Shown: piece after piece, positions 60,105 to 64,000 of the stretch
Layout: each line of letters starts with the position of its first letter
Position numbering within the stretch: the first letter of the stretch is position 1
Source of the DNA: Methanotrichaceae archaeon
Lineage (GTDB): Archaea > Halobacteriota > Methanosarcinia > Methanotrichales > Methanotrichaceae
Reading direction: 5' to 3'
DNA: 64,000 bases
NCBI GenBank assembly: GCA_963803145.1
Contig: CAWDLW010000042.1
Coordinates: forward strand, 47,342-111,341
Notes under the pieces: model-generated
Seen by the model: only the letters and a program-made list of their open reading frames with translations
What the model was told of the DNA's origin: nothing
The model's database searches: none
Position numbers and translations under genes: made by a program

Positions 60105-61997
60105 ATGAACTACATAGTACTGGTGAAGCAGGTGCCGGATATAAAAAATATTCCGGAGGATGCATGGGACTGGGAAAAAGGAATTCTCAAAAGGGGTCAC
60201 CTGGAAAACGTCTGCAATGAACTGGATAAACAGGCGATCGCCTTTACCATCGCCATGCGTCAGGCGCTGCCCGGGAGGATAGTCAGTCTTTCAATGGGCC
60301 CGCCTTTCGCCGAAGCTGTTCTAAAATATACACTATCTGTAGGTGCCGATATCGGCGTACTGCTTACCGATAGAAAGCTGGGTGGAGCCGATACAGCTGC
60401 AACCGCTTATCCACTGGCGGCTGCTATCAGAAGGATTGAAAAAGACATATTCAAGGGCGACAGGAACTACATCATAATCAGCGGCATGCAATCGGTAGAT
60501 GGTGATACTGCTCAGGTACCGCCGCAGGTTGCTGAAGAGCTGGGAATCGCCCACATAGCATACGCCACTTCCTTCAGCATCGATAAAAATCGCTTGCACG
60601 TTAAACGTATTTCAAGACAGGGAACTCAGATTGTCTCCCCGGTAACATATCCCTGCATGATAACGGTTACTAACTGGACTCATCCTCCCAATGCCACCTT
60701 CGAACGGACAAGATGGGCTAATTCACAGAGAATTATCCCGTGGAGTGCGTCGGACGTGACCCAGGATGAATCACGAATTGGTCTTGCCGGTTCACGCACA
60801 ACGGTTTTTAAAATATTTTCTCCGAGAGATGTGAGTGCCAGGAAATGTATCTTTGAGCCTGATTTAACAAAATTGGTCGGGCTATTAAAGGATGCATATC
60901 ACAGCAAATCAAAATCGGTCGGTGAGGAAACCGCAAAAGCAGCTTACCAACTCCTGGCAGGCAAGAGTCCGACCTACACGGGAGAGGTGTGGGTGTTCTC
61001 TGAGCAAGAGGGTGGTGATATCAACCAGGCCTCTTATGAGTTGCTTGGCAAAGCACGTGATCTGGCAGACCAGGTTAACACAAAAGTTGGAGCTGTCCTG
61101 GTCGGACAAGATGGTCTGAAGCTGGCCGATAATCTAATTTCATATGGAGCTGACAAAGTTTACATAGTAACAAGCGACCGGCTTAATGATTTCATGCCGG
61201 TTCCATATTCAAGAGTCGTTTGTGAACTACTGGTAACGCATAAACCGCAGATAATGTTGTTCAGTGCAACGCCACTCGGCCGAGAATTAGCCCCTAGAGT
61301 GGCTTACAGGGCAGGCTCAGGACTGACCGCTGACTGTACAGCTCTGGATATTATCGATTACAAGAAAGGCATGCAGGATTTTATCGCTATTTTAAGGCAA
61401 ACTCGACCCGCTTTGGGAGGAAACATCATGGCCTCGATAATTACGCAAAACTCGAAGGTGCAGATGTCTACGGTTAGGCCAGGCGTGATGCAGGCAAAAA
61501 AGCCTGATAAAAGTCGGGAAGGTGTTATAATCAAATATGAACCTGTGCTTGCAGACTCTGATTTCACAATGAAAATTATTTCGTCCGAAGAAACTCCTGC
61601 TGCATCAGAGCTAAAAGACGCCGATATAATCGTAGCTGGGGGCAGGGGTTGCAAGACAAAAGAAGGTTTCATGAACTGCATACCTGCACTCTCCGACAGT
61701 CTGAGCAAGTTCCTTGGGGAAAAGGCGATGGTGGGAGCTTCACGCGTCGCAGTGGAAATGGGATTCGCTGATCGGAGTCATCAGGTGGGGCAGACAGGTC
61801 AAACGGTAAAACCAAAATTATATGTAGCTGTTGGCATCTCGGGAGCGGTGCAGCATATTAGCGGAATGCAAAACTCTGGAATTGTCCTGGCGATCAATAA
61901 GGATCCTAATGCCAATATATTCAAGACAGCTGATTTTGGCATCGTGGGTAATATCGAAGAACAGGTCCCTAAGCTTATAAAGGCACTGAATTCATGA
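60105..61997 (+). CDS. Fused electron transfer flavoprotein beta-alpha (EtfB-EtfA / FixAB-like)
   Basis: VLVKQVPD, DRKLGGADTAAT, DGDTAQV; then GLTADCT, RPALGGN, GASRVAV, QVGQTGQTVKP, GISGAVQH, AINKDP. Confidence 0.92.
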   Translation: MNYIVLVKQVPDIKNIPEDAWDWEKGILKRGHLENVCNELDKQAIAFTIAMRQALPGRIVSLSMGPPFAEAVLKYTLSVGADIGVLLTDRKLGGADTAATAYPLAAAIRRIEKDIFKGDRNYIIISGMQSVDGDTAQVPPQVAEELGIAHIAYATSFSIDKNRLHVKRISRQGTQIVSPVTYPCMITVTNWTHPPNATFERTRWANSQRIIPWSASDVTQDESRIGLAGSRTTVFKIFSPRDVSARKCIFEPDLTKLVGLLKDAYHSKSKSVGEETAKAAYQLLAGKSPTYTGEVWVFSEQEGGDINQASYELLGKARDLADQVNTKVGAVLVGQDGLKLADNLISYGADKVYIVTSDRLNDFMPVPYSRVVCELLVTHKPQIMLFSATPLGRELAPRVAYRAGSGLTADCTALDIIDYKKGMQDFIAILRQTRPALGGNIMASIITQNSKVQMSTVRPGVMQAKKPDKSREGVIIKYEPVLADSDFTMKIISSEETPAASELKDADIIVAGGRGCKTKEGFMNCIPALSDSLSKFLGEKAMVGASRVAVEMGFADRSHQVGQTGQTVKPKLYVAVGISGAVQHISGMQNSGIVLAINKDPNANIFKTADFGIVGNIEEQVPKLIKALNS

Positions 61998-62009
61998 GGG
62001 GCAACGGCT

Positions 62010-63632
62010 GTGAATGAACTGACAAAAGTGGATGTACTTTTTATCGGTGGGGGTCCGGCCAATCTAGCGGGAGCCATTAAATTAAAGCAATTGCTCAATC
62101 AAAAAGGCATAAACCGATCTGTCGTTATCATTGAAAAAGCTGAGAGGATCGGACAGCACCATCTATCGGGAGCGATTTTTGAAGCCTGGGTTCTGAATGA
62201 GCTATTGCCGGGATGGCAGAACAATGAAGAAGATAAGTTTATCAAGCAATTGCTTGCGAGCCAGATAACAAAAGATGAGCTGTATTTCCTGAAAGATAAA
62301 AGCACAGCTTTTAGAATCCCCGATTTCCTCATTCCGGAGTCCCTACAAAACAAAAAAGCTTATGCAGTATCCATCAGTGAACTGGTTAACTGGCTGGCAG
62401 GGATCGCTACCAGGCTTGGTGTTGAAATATATACCGGTTTTGCGGCCAAAGAGCTTGTTATTGAAGACAACAAGGTTAAAGGTGTCAAGCTGGGTGAAAA
62501 GGGCTTAGACAAAGAAAGACAGCCGCTCTCCAACTATGTACCCGGCGAAATAATCGAAGCCGATGTAACTGTCTTAGGTGAAGGCTCTGCAGGACAGCTG
62601 GCTGAAAGCGCCGTGAACCGATTCAAACTTAATGAAAAGAAAAATCCGCAGATTTATGCATTGGGCGTAAAAGAAATAATTAGGTTGCCCGAGAATAACG
62701 CTTTCGGACCCAACCGTGTGATACACACTCTGGGATTTCCTCTGCCTTCCGATGTTTACGGCGCAGGTTCGATCTACAGCATGAGAGATAACCTCGTTGC
62801 AGTGGCTCTTGTGATGTCACTCGAATGGCGATATGCTGACCTAAATCCACAGCAAGAACTGCAAATTTTCAAATCACATAGCATGATCAAGAAATTCCTT
62901 GAAGGCGGCGAGACGGTTGCTTACGGTGCTAAAACATTTCCTGAAGGCGGTTTTTATTCAGTCCCACAACTAGTAGCTGATGGAGCTATAATCGTTGGAG
63001 ATGCTGCTGGCCTCACAAACGCAAAGAGGCGAAAAGGGCTCCATTATGCTGTAAAGTCAGGAATTGCCGCAGGTGAAGCCATATACCAGGCAATTGAAAA
63101 GCAAGATTTCTCAGCTCAATCATTGAAGAAATATCATGACATGTTGGACGAGAGTTTCGTAATGAAGGAGCTGCACGCGTCTCGCAATTACCGACAGATC
63201 TTCTCCAGAACAGGAAGATTAGGCTATTATTTAGGTGTGCCTTTATCATTTTTCCAATCGTATATACCGGGTAAGCTTAGCACCAAACCCAGCTATACAG
63301 GCATGCGAAGAGCGCACCTTAAAAGACTGCCGGTCGACGGCATCGATAGATTGACGGACGTAAGCCTTTCAGGAACAACGCATAGGGAAGATGAGCCTTC
63401 ACATGTCACCTTCCGTGAAGCTTGCCATGACAATAGCTGCTCCAAAGACTTCGGATGTCACCCGTGCGCCTTTTTCTGTCCGGCTGAAGTTTATAGATTT
63501 GAGGATGATAAGCTTATTTTAAGCCCATCAAACTGCTTGCATTGCCAGACATGCAGATTGAAGTGTCCGCATCAATTGATAAAATGGGAAGTTCCTGAGG
63601 GTGGAGGCGGACCCAGGTACAAAACAATGTGA
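62010..63632 (+). CDS. ETF:quinone oxidoreductase (FixC plus FixX-like ferredoxin in one chain)
   Basis: IGGGPA, LSGA, YALGVKE, YGAKTFPEGG, VGDAAG, KGLHYAVKSG; C-terminal FCPAEVY...NCLHCQTC..KCP, PEGGGGP. Confidence 0.92.
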   Translation: MNELTKVDVLFIGGGPANLAGAIKLKQLLNQKGINRSVVIIEKAERIGQHHLSGAIFEAWVLNELLPGWQNNEEDKFIKQLLASQITKDELYFLKDKSTAFRIPDFLIPESLQNKKAYAVSISELVNWLAGIATRLGVEIYTGFAAKELVIEDNKVKGVKLGEKGLDKERQPLSNYVPGEIIEADVTVLGEGSAGQLAESAVNRFKLNEKKNPQIYALGVKEIIRLPENNAFGPNRVIHTLGFPLPSDVYGAGSIYSMRDNLVAVALVMSLEWRYADLNPQQELQIFKSHSMIKKFLEGGETVAYGAKTFPEGGFYSVPQLVADGAIIVGDAAGLTNAKRRKGLHYAVKSGIAAGEAIYQAIEKQDFSAQSLKKYHDMLDESFVMKELHASRNYRQIFSRTGRLGYYLGVPLSFFQSYIPGKLSTKPSYTGMRRAHLKRLPVDGIDRLTDVSLSGTTHREDEPSHVTFREACHDNSCSKDFGCHPCAFFCPAEVYRFEDDKLILSPSNCLHCQTCRLKCPHQLIKWEVPEGGGGPRYKTM

Positions 63633-63690
63633 AACTTGTTTTACCTCATTAAGGGATTGTACTGTAGAATAAATATCGTCTGAACATTAC

Positions 63691-63861
63691 TATATCCGCA
63701 AGTTAAATTGCCAGCCATATCTATGGGAGTTCCATAACTCATTAGTCGATAAAGATTTCCAGATTGTAGATCGTGTAATCCAATGGCCGGATGGCAGGGA
63801 TGTGCGTTTTGAGATAGCCATTGATGTCACTGAGCGCAAGCAGATTGAGCTACTCCCATAG
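63691..63861 (+). pseudogene. Orphan PAS/PAC fragment
   Basis: Frame reads PYLWEFHN...DRVIQWPDGRDVRFEIAIDVTERKQIE then stop; no start. Confidence 0.6.
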
Positions 63862-64000
63862 GTGTGCTGAGGCATCGGCTGTTCAGGCTTATAGAAGGCA
63901 AGGGATTACGCTGGCCCAGGGCATGAAGATAAGCTATGTGGTAAAGGATGCCGACTGATGGAAGATGGGTCCAGCAAGAGTGGCTTCGAGGTTCGATGCT

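Noticed and set aside
1-64000. tRNA or rRNA genes, including a tRNA target near the integrase remnant
   Set aside because: No cloverleaf or rRNA-like sequence recognised by eye; tRNAscan-SE and Infernal would be decisive.

Overview
Archaeal DNA, most consistent with a methanogen of the Methanosarcinales/Methanotrichaceae (Methanothrix-like). This is inferred from gene content: GatAB with a non-discriminating AspRS, ADP-dependent sugar kinase, SmsCB, HacB/AksF, DUF835, HisKA_2 kinases and many secreted unknowns. Bases ~1-31.7 kb are a dense housekeeping block (gatA, gatB, paaK-ACT, dUTPase, aspS, ADP-PFK/GK, sufC/sufBD, hacB-ORF-aksF, HAE3 exporter, trmO). It includes an operon for a KaiC-like protein with degenerate catalytic residues, a 2-TM peptide and a CbrA/CrbS-type SLC5-STAC sensor that ends in two DUF835 domains instead of a histidine kinase. 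From ~31.7 kb to the end is a loosely packed accessory region. It holds an integrase remnant, frameshifted genes, three PAS kinases, MPG-XPB-Bax1, a TIR-TPR protein, an Asn/Gln repeat amyloid-like protein, a secreted protein with 25 consecutive Cys-x-Thr/Ser hexads, three paralogous DLWSWG-motif secreted proteins, and a fused EtfBA plus ETF:QO pair. No rRNA, tRNA or CRISPR array was recognised. All calls come from reading motifs by eye; no database searches were run.
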